Source: Auanema rhodensis (lineage: Eukaryota; Animalia; Nematoda). Taken from it: a DNA stretch of 64,000 nucleotides. The notes below the pieces were generated by a model. That model was not told the origin of the DNA. It saw only the letters and a list, made by a program, of their open reading frames with translations, and searched no databases. The stretch lies in contig OZ059897.1 of assembly GCA_964057225.1 (NCBI GenBank), positions 2,046,001-2,110,000 on the forward strand, in the 5' to 3' direction. Position 1 is the stretch's first letter. Each line of letters opens with the position of its first letter. Shown piece after piece: positions 26,631 to 39,637 of this stretch. Made by a program: the position numbers and the translations under genes.

Positions 26631-29358
26631 ATGATTTTTTCGTTGAAAAACATTGTCCATCGTCTTTGCCTTGAAAAAAGGAATCTAAAAACATCTACTT
26701 TTTGTTAAATTATTTAGAAATTTTTCGGGAAAATTTTTGTCAAAATGTTTTTGGAAGCAATGTTGAGTGTACATGGGAACTCAACATACACTAATGCATT
26801 ATTTTTCAAACGATCATAACTTATTTTTGTATAGAGCGTTTCTCAATGTAGTATAGTGCATTCGATGCGGATTTTTAAGCTGCGTCGATCTGTGTTATCA
26901 GATTTGAGTTAGCTTAAAAATGCACCGAGATATCAACTGATATATGTTCACACTTATATCCTCGACTTTCACCCTGAAGAAATGATTTTTTCGTTGAATA
27001 ACATTGTCCATCGTCTTCGTCTTGAAAAAAGGAATCTAAAAACATCTACTTTTTGTGAAATTATTTAGAAATTTTTCGGGAAAATTTTTGTCAAAATGTT
27101 TTTGGAAGCAATGTTGAGTGTACATGGGAACTCAACATACACTAATGCATCATTTTTCAAACGATCATAACTTATTTTTGTATAGAGCGTTTCTCAATGT
27201 AGTTTAGTGCATTCGATGCGGATTTTTAAGCTGCGTCGATCTGTGTTATCAGATTTGCGCTAGCTTAAAAATGCACCGAGATATCAACTGATATATGTTC
27301 ACACTTATATTCTCGATTTTCACCCTGAAGAATTAATTTTTTCGTTGAATAACATTGTCCATCGTCTTCGTCTTGAAAAAAGGAATCTAAAAACATCTAC
27401 TTTTTGTGAAATTATTTAGAAATTTTTCGGGAAAATTTTTGTCAAAATGTTTTTGAAAGCAATGTTGAGTGTACATGGGAACTTAACATACACTAATGCA
27501 TCATTTTTCAAACGATCATAACTTATTTTTGTATTAAGCGTTTCTCAATGTAGTAGAGTGCATTCGATGCGGATTTTTAAGCTGCGTCGATCTGTGTTAT
27601 CAGATTTGAGTTAGCTTAAAAATGCACCAAGATATCAACTGATATATGTTCACACTTATATCCTCGATTTTCACCCTGAAGAAATTGTCCATCGTCTTTG
27701 TCTTGAAAAAAGGAATCTAAAAACATCTACGTTTTGTGAAATTATTTAGAAATTTTTCGGGAAAATTTTTGTCAAAATGTTTTTGGAAGCAATGTTGAGT
27801 GTACATGGGAACTCAACATACACTAATGCATTATTTTTCAAACGATCATAACTAATTTCTGTAAATAGCGTTTCTCAATGTAGTATAGTGCATTCGATGC
27901 GAATTTTTAAGCTGCGTCGATCTGTGTTATCAGATTTGAGTTAGCTTAAAAATGCACCGAGATATCAACTGATATATGTTCACACTTATATCCTCGATTT
28001 TCACCCTGAAGAAATAGTTTTTTCGTTGAAAAACATTGTCCATCGTCTTTGCCTTGAAAAAAGGAATCTAAAAACATCTACTTTTTGTGAAATTATTTAG
28101 AAATTTTTCGGGAAAATTTTTGTCAAAATGTTTTTGGAAGCAATGTTGAGTGTACATGGGAACTCAACATACACTAATGCATTATTTTTCAAACGATCAT
28201 AACTTATTTTTGTATAGAGCGTTTCTCAATGTAGTATAGTGCATTCGATGCGGATTTTTAAGCTGCGTCGATCTGTGTTATCAGATTTGAGTTAGCTTAA
28301 AAATGCACCGAGATATCAACTGATATATGTTTACACTTATATCCTCGACTTTCACCCTGAAGAAATGATTTTTTCGTTGAATAAAATTGTCCATCGTCTT
28401 CGTCTTGAAAAAAGGAATCTAAAAACATCTACTTTTTGCGAAATTATTTAGAAATTTTTCGGGAAAATTTTTGTCAAAATGTTTTTGGAAGCAATGTTGA
28501 GTGTACATGGGAACTCAACATACACTAATGCATTATTTTTCAAACGATCATAACTAATTTCTGTAAATAGCGTTTCTCAATGTAGTATAGTGCATTCGAT
28601 GCGAATTTTTAAGCTGCGTCGATCTGTGTTATCAGATTTGAGTTAGCTTAAAAATGCACCGAGATATCAACTGATATATGTTCACACTTATATCCTCGAT
28701 TTTCACCCTGAAGAAATAGTTTTTTCGTTGAAAAACATTGTCCATCGTCTTTGCCTTGAAAAAAGGAATCTAAAAACATCTACTTTTTGTGAAATTATTT
28801 AGAAATTTTTCGGGAAAATTTTTGTCAAAATGTTTTTGGAAGCAATGTTGAGTGTACATGGGAACTCAACATACACTAATGCATTATTTTTCAAACGATC
28901 ATAACTTATTTTTGTATAGAGCGTTTCTCAATGTAGTATAGTGCATTCGATGCGGATTTTTAAGCTGCGTCGATCTGTGTTATCAGATTTGAGTTAGCTT
29001 AAAAATGCACCGAGATATCAACTGATATATGTTTACACTTATATCCTCGACTTTCACCCTGAAGAAATGATTTTTTCGTTGAATAAAATTGTCCATCGTC
29101 TTCGTCTTGAAAAAAGGAATCTAAAAACATCTACTTTTTGCGAAATTATTTAGAAATTTTTCGGGAAAATTTTTGTCAAAATGTTTTTGAAAGCAATGTT
29201 GAGTGTACATGGAAACTCAACATACACTAATGCATCATTTTTCAAACGATCATAGCTAATTTTTGTATTGAGCGTTTCTCAATGTAGTATAGTGCATTCG
29301 ATGCGGATTTTTAAGCTGCGTCGATCTGTGTTATCAGATTTGCGCTAGCTTAAAAATG

Positions 29359-32300
29359 CACCGAGATATCAACTGATATAAGTTCACACTTATATCCTCG
29401 ATTTTCACCCTGAAGAATTAATTTTTTCGTTGAATAACATTGTCCATCGTTTTTGCCTTGAAAAAAGGAATCTAAAAACATCTATTTTTTGTGAAATTAT
29501 TTAGAAATTTTTCGGGAAAATTTTTGTCAAAATGTTTTTGGAAGCAATGTTGAGTGTACATGGGAACTCAACATACACTAATGCATTATTTTTCAAATGA
29601 TCATAACTTATTTTTGTATAGAGCGTTTCTCAATGTAGTATAGTGCATTCGATGCGGATTTTTAAGCTGCGTCGATCTGTGTTATCAGATTTGAGTTAGC
29701 TTAAAAATGCACCGAGATATCAACTGATATATGTTCACACTTATATCCTCGATTTTCACCCTGAAGAAATTGTCCATCGTCTTTGTCTTGAAAAAAGGAA
29801 TCTAAAAACATCTACGTTTTGTGAAATTATTTAGAAATTTTTCGGGAAAATTTTTGTCAAAATGTTTTTGGAAGCAATGTTGAGTGTACATGGGAACTCA
29901 ACATACACTAATGCATTATTTTTCAAACGATCATAACTAATTTCTGTAAATAGCGTTTCTCAATGTAGTATAGTGCATTCGATGCGAATTTTTAAGCTGC
30001 GTCGATCTGTGTTATCAGATTTGAGTTAGCTTAAAAATGCACCAAGATATCAACTGATATATGTTCACACTTATATCCTCGATTTTCACCCTGAAGAAAT
30101 TGTCCATCGTCTTCGTCTTGAAAAAAGGAATCTAAAAACATCTACTTTTTGTGAAATTATTTAGAAATTTTTCGGGAAAATTTTTGTCAAAATGTTTTTG
30201 GAAGCAATGTTGAGTGTACATGGGAACTCAACATACACTAATGCATTATTTTTCAAATGATCATAACTTATTTTTGTATAGAGCGTTTCTCAATGTAGTA
30301 TAGTGCATTCGATGCGGATTTTTAAGCTGCGTCGATCTGTGTTATCAGATTTGCGCTAGCTTAAAAATGCACCGAGATATCAACTGATATAAGTTCACAC
30401 TTATATCCTCGATTTTCACCCTGAAGAATTAATTTTTTCGTTGAATAACATTGTCCATCGTTTTTGCCTTGAAAAAAGGAATCTAAAAACATCTACTTTT
30501 TGTGAAATTATTTAGAAATTTTTCGGGAAAATTTTTGTCAAAATGTTTTTGGAAGCAATGTTGAGTGTACATGGGAACTCAACATACACTAATGCATTAT
30601 TTTTCAAATGATCATAACTTATTTTTGTATAGAGCGTTTCTCAATGTAGTATAGTGCATTCGATGCGGATTTTTAAGCTGCGTCGATCTGTGTTATCAGA
30701 TTTGAGTTAGCTTAAAAATGCACCGAGATATCAACTGATATATGTTCACACTTATATCCTCGATTTTCACCCTGAAGAAATTGTCCATCGTCTTTGTCTT
30801 GAAAAAAGGAATCTAAAAACATCTACGTTTTGTGAAATTATTTAGAAATTTTTCGGGAAAATTTTTGTCAAAATGTTTTTGGAAGCAATGTTGAGTGTAC
30901 ATGGGAACTCAACATACACTAATGCATTATTTTTCAAACGATCATAACTAATTTCTGTAAATAGCGTTTCTCAATGTAGTATAGTGCATTCGATGCGAAT
31001 TTTTAAGCTGCGTCGATCTGTGTTATCAGATTTGAGTTAGCTTAAAAATGCACCAAGATATCAACTGATATATGTTCACACTTATATCCTCGATTTTCAC
31101 CCTGAAGAAATTGTCCATCGTCTTCGTCTTGAAAAAAGGAATCTAAAAACATCTACTTTTTGTGAAATTATTTAGAAATTTTTCGGGAAAATTTTTGTCA
31201 AAATGTTTTTGAAAGCAATGTTGAGTGTACATGGAAACTCAACATACACTAATGCATCATTTTTCAAACGATCATAGCTAATTTTTGTATTGAGCGTTTC
31301 TCAATGTAGTATAGTGCATTCGATGCGGATTTTTAAGCTGCGTCGATCTGTGTTATCAGATTTGCGCTAGCTTAAAAATGCACCGAGATATCAACTGATA
31401 TAAGTTCACACTTATATCCTCGATTTTCACCCTGAAGAATTAATTTTTTCGTTGAATAACATTGTCCATCGTTTTTGCCTTGAAAAAAGGAATCTAAAAA
31501 CATCTACTTTTTGTGAAATTATTTAGAAATTTTTCGGGAAAATTTTTGTCAAAATGTTTTTGGAAGCAATGTTGAGTGTACATGGGAACTCAACATACAC
31601 TAATGCATTATTTTTCAAATGATCATAACTTATTTTTGTATAGAGCGTTTCTCAATGTAGTATAGTGCATTCGATGCGGATTTTTAAGCTGCGTCGATCT
31701 GTGTTATCAGATTTGAGTTAGCTTAAAAATGCACCGAGATATCAACTGATATATGTTCACACTTATATCCTCGATTTTCACCCTGAAGAAATTGTCCATC
31801 GTCTTTGTCTTGAAAAAAGGAATCTAAAAACATCTACGTTTTGTGAAATTATTTAGAAATTTTTCGGGAAAATTTTTGTCAAAATGTTTTTGGAAGCAAT
31901 GTTGAGTGTACATGGGAACTCAACATACACTAATGCATTATTTTTCAAACGATCATAACTAATTTCTGTAAATAGCGTTTCTCAATGTAGTATAGTGCAT
32001 TCGATGCGAATTTTTAAGCTGCGTCGATCTGTGTTATCAGATTTGAGTTAGCTTAAAAATGCACCAAGATATCAACTGATATATGTTCACACTTATATCC
32101 TCGATTTTCACCCTGAAGAAATTGTCCATCGTCTTTGTCTTGGAAAAAGGAATCTAAAAACATCTACGTTTTGTGAAATTATTTAGAAATTTTTCGGGAA
32201 AATTTTTGTCAAAATGTTTTTGGAAGCAATGTTGAGTGTACATGGGAACTCAACATACACTAATGCATTATTTTTCAAACGATCATAACTTATTTTTGTA

Positions 32301-32391
32301 TAGAGCGTTTCTCAATGTAGTATAGTGCATTCGATGCGGATTTTTAAGCTGCGTCGATCTGTGTTATCAGATTTGAGTTAGCTTAAAAATG
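29359..32391. repeat. Trimeric (351+330+330 = 1011-bp) higher-order repeat, 3 imperfect copies
   Basis: One full ATAAGTT/CAAATGATC monomer followed by two deletion monomers, at 29359, 30370 and 31381. Confidence 0.88.
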
Positions 32392-34456
32392 CACCGAGAT
32401 ATCAACTGATATATGTTTACACTTATATCCTCGACTTTCACCCTGAAGAAATGATTTTTTCGATTGAATAACATTGTCCATCGTCTTCGTCTTGAAAAAA
32501 GGAATCTAAAAACATCTACTTTTTGTGAAATTATTTAGAAATTTTTCGGGAAAATTTTTGTCAAAATGTTTTTGGAAGCAATGTTGAGTGTACATGGAAA
32601 CTCAACATACACTAATGCATCATTTTTCAAACGATCATAGCTAATTTTTGTATTGAGCGTTTCTCAATGTAGTATAGTGCATTCGATGCGGATTTTTAAG
32701 CTGCGTCGATCTGTGTTATCAGATTTGCGCTAGCTTAAAAATGCACCGAGATATCAACTGATATAAGTTCACACTTATATCCTCGATTTTCACCCTGAAG
32801 AATTAATTTTTTCGTTGAATAACATTGTCCATCGTTTTTGCTTTGAAAAAAGGAATCTAAAAACATCTACTTTTTGTGAAATTATTTAGAAATTTTTCGG
32901 GAAAATTTTTGTCAAAATGTTTTTGGAAACAATGTTGAGTGTACATGGGAACTCAACATACACTAATGCATTATTTTTCAAATGATCATAACTTATTTTT
33001 GTATAGAGCGTTTCTCAATGTAGTATAGTGCATTCGATGCGGATTTTTAAGCTGCGTCGATCTGTGTTATCAGATTTGAGTTAGCTTAAAAATGCACCGA
33101 GATATCAACTGATATATGTTCACACTTATATCCTCGATTTTCACCCTGAAGAAATTGTCCATCGTCTTTGTCTTGAAAAAAGAAATCTAAAAACATCTAC
33201 GTTTTGTGAAATTATTTAGAAATTTTTCGGGAAAATTTTTGTCAAAATGTTTTTGGAAGCAATGTTGAGTGTACATGGGAACTCAACATACACTAATGCA
33301 TTATTTTTCAAACGATCATAACTAATTTCTGTAAATAGCGTTTCTCAATGTAGTATAGTGCATTCGATGCGAATTTTTAAGCTGCGTCGATCTGTGTTAT
33401 CAGATTTGAGTTAGCTTAAAAATGCACCAAGATATCAACTGATATATGTTCACACTTATATCCTCGATTTTCACCCTGAAGAAATTGTCCATCGTCTTTG
33501 TCTTGGAAAAAGGAATCTAAAAACATCTACGTTTTGTGAAATTATTTAGAAATTTTTCGGGAAAATTTTTGTCAAAATGTTTTTGGAAGCAATGTTGAGT
33601 GTACATGGGAACTCAACATACACTAATGCATTATTTTTCAAACGATCATAACTTATTTTTGTATAGAGCGTTTCTCAATGTAGTATAGTGCATTCGATGC
33701 GGATTTTTAAGCTGCGTCGATCTGTGTTATCAGATTTGAGTTAGCTTAAAAATGCACCGAGATATCAACTGATATATGTTTACACTTATATCCTCGACTT
33801 TCACCCTGAAGAAATGATTTTTTCGTTGAATAACATTGTCCATCGTCTTCGTCTTGAAAAAAGGAATCTAAAAACATCTACTTTTTGTGAAATTATTTAG
33901 AAATTTTTCGGGAAAATTTTTGTCAAAATGTTTTTGGAAGCAATGTTGAGTGTACATGGAAACTCAACATACACTAATGCATCATTTTTCAAACGATCAT
34001 AGCTAATTTTTGTATTGAGCGTTTCTCAATGTAGTATAGTGCATTCGATGCGGATTTTTAAGCTGCGTCGATCTGTGTTATCAGATTTGCGCTAGCTTAA
34101 AAATGCACCGAGATATCAACTGATATAAGTTCACACTTATATCCTCGATTTTCACCCTGAAGAATTAATTTTTTCGTTGAATAACATTGTCCATCGTTTT
34201 TGCTTTGAAAAAAGGAATCTAAAAACATCTACTTTTTGTGAAATTATTTAGAAATTTTTCGGGAAAATTTTTGTCAAAATGTTTTTGGAAACAATGTTGA
34301 GTGTACATGGGAACTCAACATACACTAATGCATTATTTTTCAAATGATCATAACTTATTTTTGTATAGAGCGTTTCTCAATGTAGTATAGTGCATTCGAT
34401 GCGGATTTTTAAGCTGCGTCGATCTGTGTTATCAGATTTGAGTTAGCTTAAAAATG
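31732..34456. repeat. 4-monomer (about 1362-bp) tandem duplication
   Basis: Pattern deletion, deletion (CTTGGAAAAA), GTTTACAC type, GGAAACAAT type occurs at 31732 and 33095. Confidence 0.82.
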
Positions 34457-37400
34457 CACCGAGATATCAACTGATATATGTTCACACTTATATCCTCGAT
34501 TTTCACCCTGAAGAAATAGTTTTTTCGTTGAAAAACATTGTCCATCGTCTTTGCCTTGAAAAAAGGAATCTAAAAACATCTACTTTTTGTGAAATTATTC
34601 AGAAATTTTTCGGGAAAATTTTTGTCAAAATGTTTTTGGAAGCAATGTTGAGTGTACATGGGAACTCAACATACACTAATGCATTATTTTTCAAACGATC
34701 ATAACTTATTTTTGTATAGAGCGTTTCTCAATGTAGTATAGTGCATTCGATGCGGATTTTTAAGCTGCGTCGATCTGTGTTATCAGATTTGAGTTAGCTT
34801 AAAAATGCACCGAGATATCAACTGATATATGTTTACACTTATATCCTCGACTTTCACCCTGAAGAAATGATTTTTTCGTTGAATAACATTGTCCATCGTC
34901 TTCGTCTTGAAAAAAGGAATCTAAAAACATCTACTTTTTGTGAAATTATTTAGAAATTTTTCGGGAAAATTTTTGTCAAAATGTTTTTGAAAGCAATGTT
35001 GAGTGTACATGGAAACTCAACATACACTAATGCATCATTTTTCAAACGATCATAACTTATTTTTGTATAGAGCGTTTCTCAATGTAGTATAGTGCATTCG
35101 ATGCGGATTTTTAAGCTGCGTCGATCTGTGTTATCAGATTTGCGCTAGCTTAAAAATGCACCGAGATATCAACTGATATAAGTTCACACTTATATCCTCG
35201 ATTTTCACCCTGAAGAATTAATTTTTTCGTTGAATAACATTGTCCATCGTTTTTGCCTTGAAAAAAGGAATCTAAAAACATCTACTTTTTGTGAAATTAT
35301 TTAGAAATTTTTCGGGAAAATTTTTGTCAAAATGTTTTTGGAAGCAATGTTGAGTGTACATGGGAACTCAACATACACTAATGCATTATTTTTCAAATGA
35401 TCATAACTTATTTTTGTATAGAGCGTTTCTCAATGTAGTATAGTGCATTCGATGCGGATTTTTAAGCTGCGTCGATCTGTGTTATCAGATTTGCGCTAGC
35501 TTAAAAATGCACCGAGATATCAACTGATATAAGTTCACACTTATATCCTCGATTTTCACCCTGAAGAATTAATTTTTTCGTTGAATAACATTGTCCATCG
35601 TTTTTGCCTTGAAAAAAGGAATCTAAAAACATCTACTTTTTGTGAAATTATTTAGAAATTTTTCGGGAAAATTTTTGTCAAAATGTTTTTGGAAGCAATG
35701 TTGAGTGTACATGGGAACTCAACATACACTAATGCATTATTTTTCAAATGATCATAACTTATTTTTGTATAGAGCGTTTCTCAATGTAGTATAGTGCATT
35801 CGATGCGGATTTTTAAGCTGCGTCGATCTGTGTTATCAGATTTGAGTTAGCTTAAAAATGCACCGAGATATCAACTGATATATGTTCACACTTATATCCT
35901 CGATTTTCACCCTGAAGAAATTGTCCATCGTCTTTGTCTTGAAAAAAGGAATCTAAAAACATCTACGTTTTGTGAAATTATTTAGAAATTTTTCGGGAAA
36001 ATTTTTGTCAAAATGTTTTTGGAAGCAATGTTGAGTGTACATGGGAACTCAACATACACTAATGCATTATTTTTCAAACGATCATAACTAATTTCTGTAA
36101 ATAGCGTTTCTCAATGTAGTATAGTGCATTCGATGCGAATTTTTAAGCTGCGTCGATCTGTGTTATCAGATTTGAGTTAGCTTAAAAATGCACCAAGATA
36201 TCAACTGATATATGTTCACACTTATATCCTCGATTTTCACCCTGAAGAAATTGTCCATCGTCTTTGTCTTGGAAAAAGGAATCTAAAAACATCTACGTTT
36301 TGTGAAATTATTTAGAAATTTTTCGGGAAAATTTTTGTCAAAATGTTTTTGGAAGCAATGTTGAGTGTACATGGGAACTCAACATACACTAATGCATTAT
36401 TTTTCAAACGATCATAACTTATTTTTGTATAGAGCGTTTCTCAATGTAGTATAGTGCATTCGATGCGGATTTTTAAGCTGCGTCGATCTGTGTTATCAGA
36501 TTTGAGTTAGCTTAAAAATGCACCGAGATATCAACTGATATATGTTTACACTTATATCCTCGACTTTCACCCTGAAGAAATGATTTTTTCGTTGAATAAC
36601 ATTGTCCATCGTCTTCGTCTTGAAAAAAGGAATCTAAAAACATCTACTTTTTGTGAAATTATTTAGAAATTTTTCGGGAAAATTTTTGTCAAAATGTTTT
36701 TGGAAGCAATGTTGAGTGTACATGGAAACTCAACATACACTAATGCATCATTTTTCAAACGATCATAGCTAATTTTTGTATTGAGCGTTTCTCAATGTAG
36801 TATAGTGCATTCGATGCGGATTTTTAAGCTGCGTCGATCTGTGTTATCAGATTTGCGCTAGCTTAAAAATGCACCGAGATATCAACTGATATAAGTTCAC
36901 ACTTATATCCTCGATTTTCACCCTGAAGAATTAATTTTTTCGTTGAATAACATTGTCCATCGTTTTTGCTTTGAAAAAAGGAATCTAAAAACATCTACTT
37001 TTTGTGAAATTATTTAGAAATTTTTCGGGAAAATTTTTGTCAAAATGTTTTTGGAAACAATGTTGAGTGTACATGGGAACTCAACATACACTAATGCATT
37101 ATTTTTCAAATGATCATAACTTATTTTTGTATAGAGCGTTTCTCAATGTAGTATAGTGCATTCGATGCGGATTTTTAAGCTGCGTCGATCTGTGTTATCA
37201 GATTTGAGTTAGCTTAAAAATGCACCGAGATATCAACTGATATATGTTCACACTTATATCCTCGATTTTCACCCTGAAGAAATAGTTTTTTCGTTGAAAA
37301 ACATTGTCCATCGTCTTTGCCTTGAAAAAAGGAATCTAAAAACATCTACTTTTTGTGAAATTATTCAGAAATTTTTCGGGAAAATTTTTGTCAAAATGTT

Positions 37401-39286
37401 TTTGGAAGCAATGTTGAGTGTACATGGGAACTCAACATACACTAATGCATTATTTTTCAAACGATCATAACTTATTTTTGTATAGAGCGTTTCTCAATGT
37501 AGTATAGTGCATTCGATGCGGATTTTTAAGCTGCGTCGATCTGTGTTATCAGATTTGAGTTAGCTTAAAAATGCACCGAGATATCAACTGATATATGTTT
37601 ACACTTATATCCTCGACTTTCACCCTGAAGAAATGATTTTTTCGTTGAATAACATTGTCCATCGTCTTCGTCTTGAAAAAAGGAATCTAAAAACATCTAC
37701 TTTTTGTGAAATTATTTAGAAATTTTTCGGGAAAATTTTTGTCAAAATGTTTTTGGAAGCAATGTTGAGTGTACATGGGAACTCAACATACACTAATGCA
37801 TTATTTTTCAAATGATCATAACTTATTTTTGTATAGAGCGTTTCTCAATGTAGTATAGTGCATTCGATGCGGATTTTTAAGCTGCGTCGATCTGTGTTAT
37901 CAGATTTGAGTTAGCTTAAAAATGCACCGAGATATCAACTGATATAAGTTCACACTTATATCCTCGATTTTCACCCTGAAGAATTAATTTTTTCGTTGAA
38001 TAACATTGTCCATCGTTTTTGCCTTCAAAAAAGGAATCTAAAAACATCTACTTTTTGTGAAATTATTTAGAAATTTTTCGGGAAAATTTTTGTCAAAATG
38101 TTTTTGGAAGCAATGTTGAGTGTACATGGGAACTCAACATACACTAATGCATTATTTTTCAAATGATCATAACTTATTTTTGTATAGAGCGTTTCTCAAT
38201 GTAGTATAGTGCATTCGATGCGGATTTTTAAGCTGCGTCGATCTGTGTTATCAGATTTGCGCTAGCTTAAAAATGCACCGAGATATCAACTGATATAAGT
38301 TCACACTTATATCCTCGATTTTCACCCTGAAGAATTAATTTTTTCGTTGAATAACATTGTCCATCGTTTTTGCCTTGAAAAAAGGAATCTAAAAACATCT
38401 ACTTTTTGTGAAATTATTTAGAAATTTTTCGGGAAAATTTTTGTCAAAATGTTTTTGGAAGCAATGTTGAGTGTACATGGGAACTCAACATACACTAATG
38501 CATTATTTTTCAAATGATCATAACTTATTTTTGTATAGAGCGTTTCTCAATGTAGTATAGTGCATTCGATGCGGATTTTTAAGCTGCGTCGATCTGTGTT
38601 ATCAGATTTGAGTTAGCTTAAAAATGCACCGAGATATCAACTGATATATGTTCACACTTATATCCTCGATTTTCACCCTGAAGAAATTGTCCATCGTCTT
38701 TGTCTTGAAAAAAGGAATCTAAAAACATCTACGTTTTGTGAAATTATTTAGAAATTTTTCGGGAAAATTTTTGTCAAAATGTTTTTGGAAGCAATGTTGA
38801 GTGTACATGGGAACTCAACATACACTAATGCATTATTTTTCAAACGATCATAACTAATTTCTGTAAATAGCGTTTCTCAATGTAGTATAGTGCATTCGAT
38901 GCGAATTTTTAAGCTGCGTCGATCTGTGTTATCAGATTTGAGTTAGCTTAAAAATGCACCAAGATATCAACTGATATATGTTCACACTTATATCCTCGAT
39001 TTTCACCCTGAAGAAATTGTCCATCGTCTTTGTCTTGAAAAAAGGAATCTAAAAACATCTACGTTTTGTGAAATTATTTAGAAATTTTTCGGGAAAATTT
39101 TTGTCAAAATGTTTTTGGAAGCAATGTTGAGTGTACATGGGAACTCAACATACACTAATGCATTATTTTTCAAACGATCATAACTAATTTCTGTAAATAG
39201 CGTTTCTCAATGTAGTATAGTGCATTCGATGCGAATTTTTAAGCTGCGTCGATCTGTGTTATCAGATTTGAGTTAGCTTAAAAATG
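33095..39286. repeat. 8-monomer (2766-bp) higher-order repeat, about 2.2 imperfect copies
   Basis: Deletion pairs at 33095, 35861 and 38627 are 2766 bp apart. ATTATTCAGA occurs at 34600/37366, and GGAAACAAT in the monomers at 34106/36872. Confidence 0.87.
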
Positions 39287-39637
39287 CACCGAGATATCAA
39301 CTGATATATGTTCACACTTATATCCTCGATTTTCACCCTGAAGAAATAGTTTTTTCGTTGAAAAACATTGTCCATCGTCTTTGCCTTGAAAAAAGGAATC
39401 TAAAAACATCTACTTTTTGTGAAATTATTTAGAAATTTTTCGGGAAAATTTTTGTCAAAATGTTTTTGGAAGCAATGTTGAGTGTACATGGGAACTCAAC
39501 ATACACTAATGCATTATTTTTCAAACGATCATAACTTATTTTTGTATAGAGCGTTTCTCAATGTAGTATAGTGCATTCGATGCGGATTTTTAAGCTGCGT
39601 CGATCTGTGTTATCAGATTTGAGTTAGCTTAAAAATG

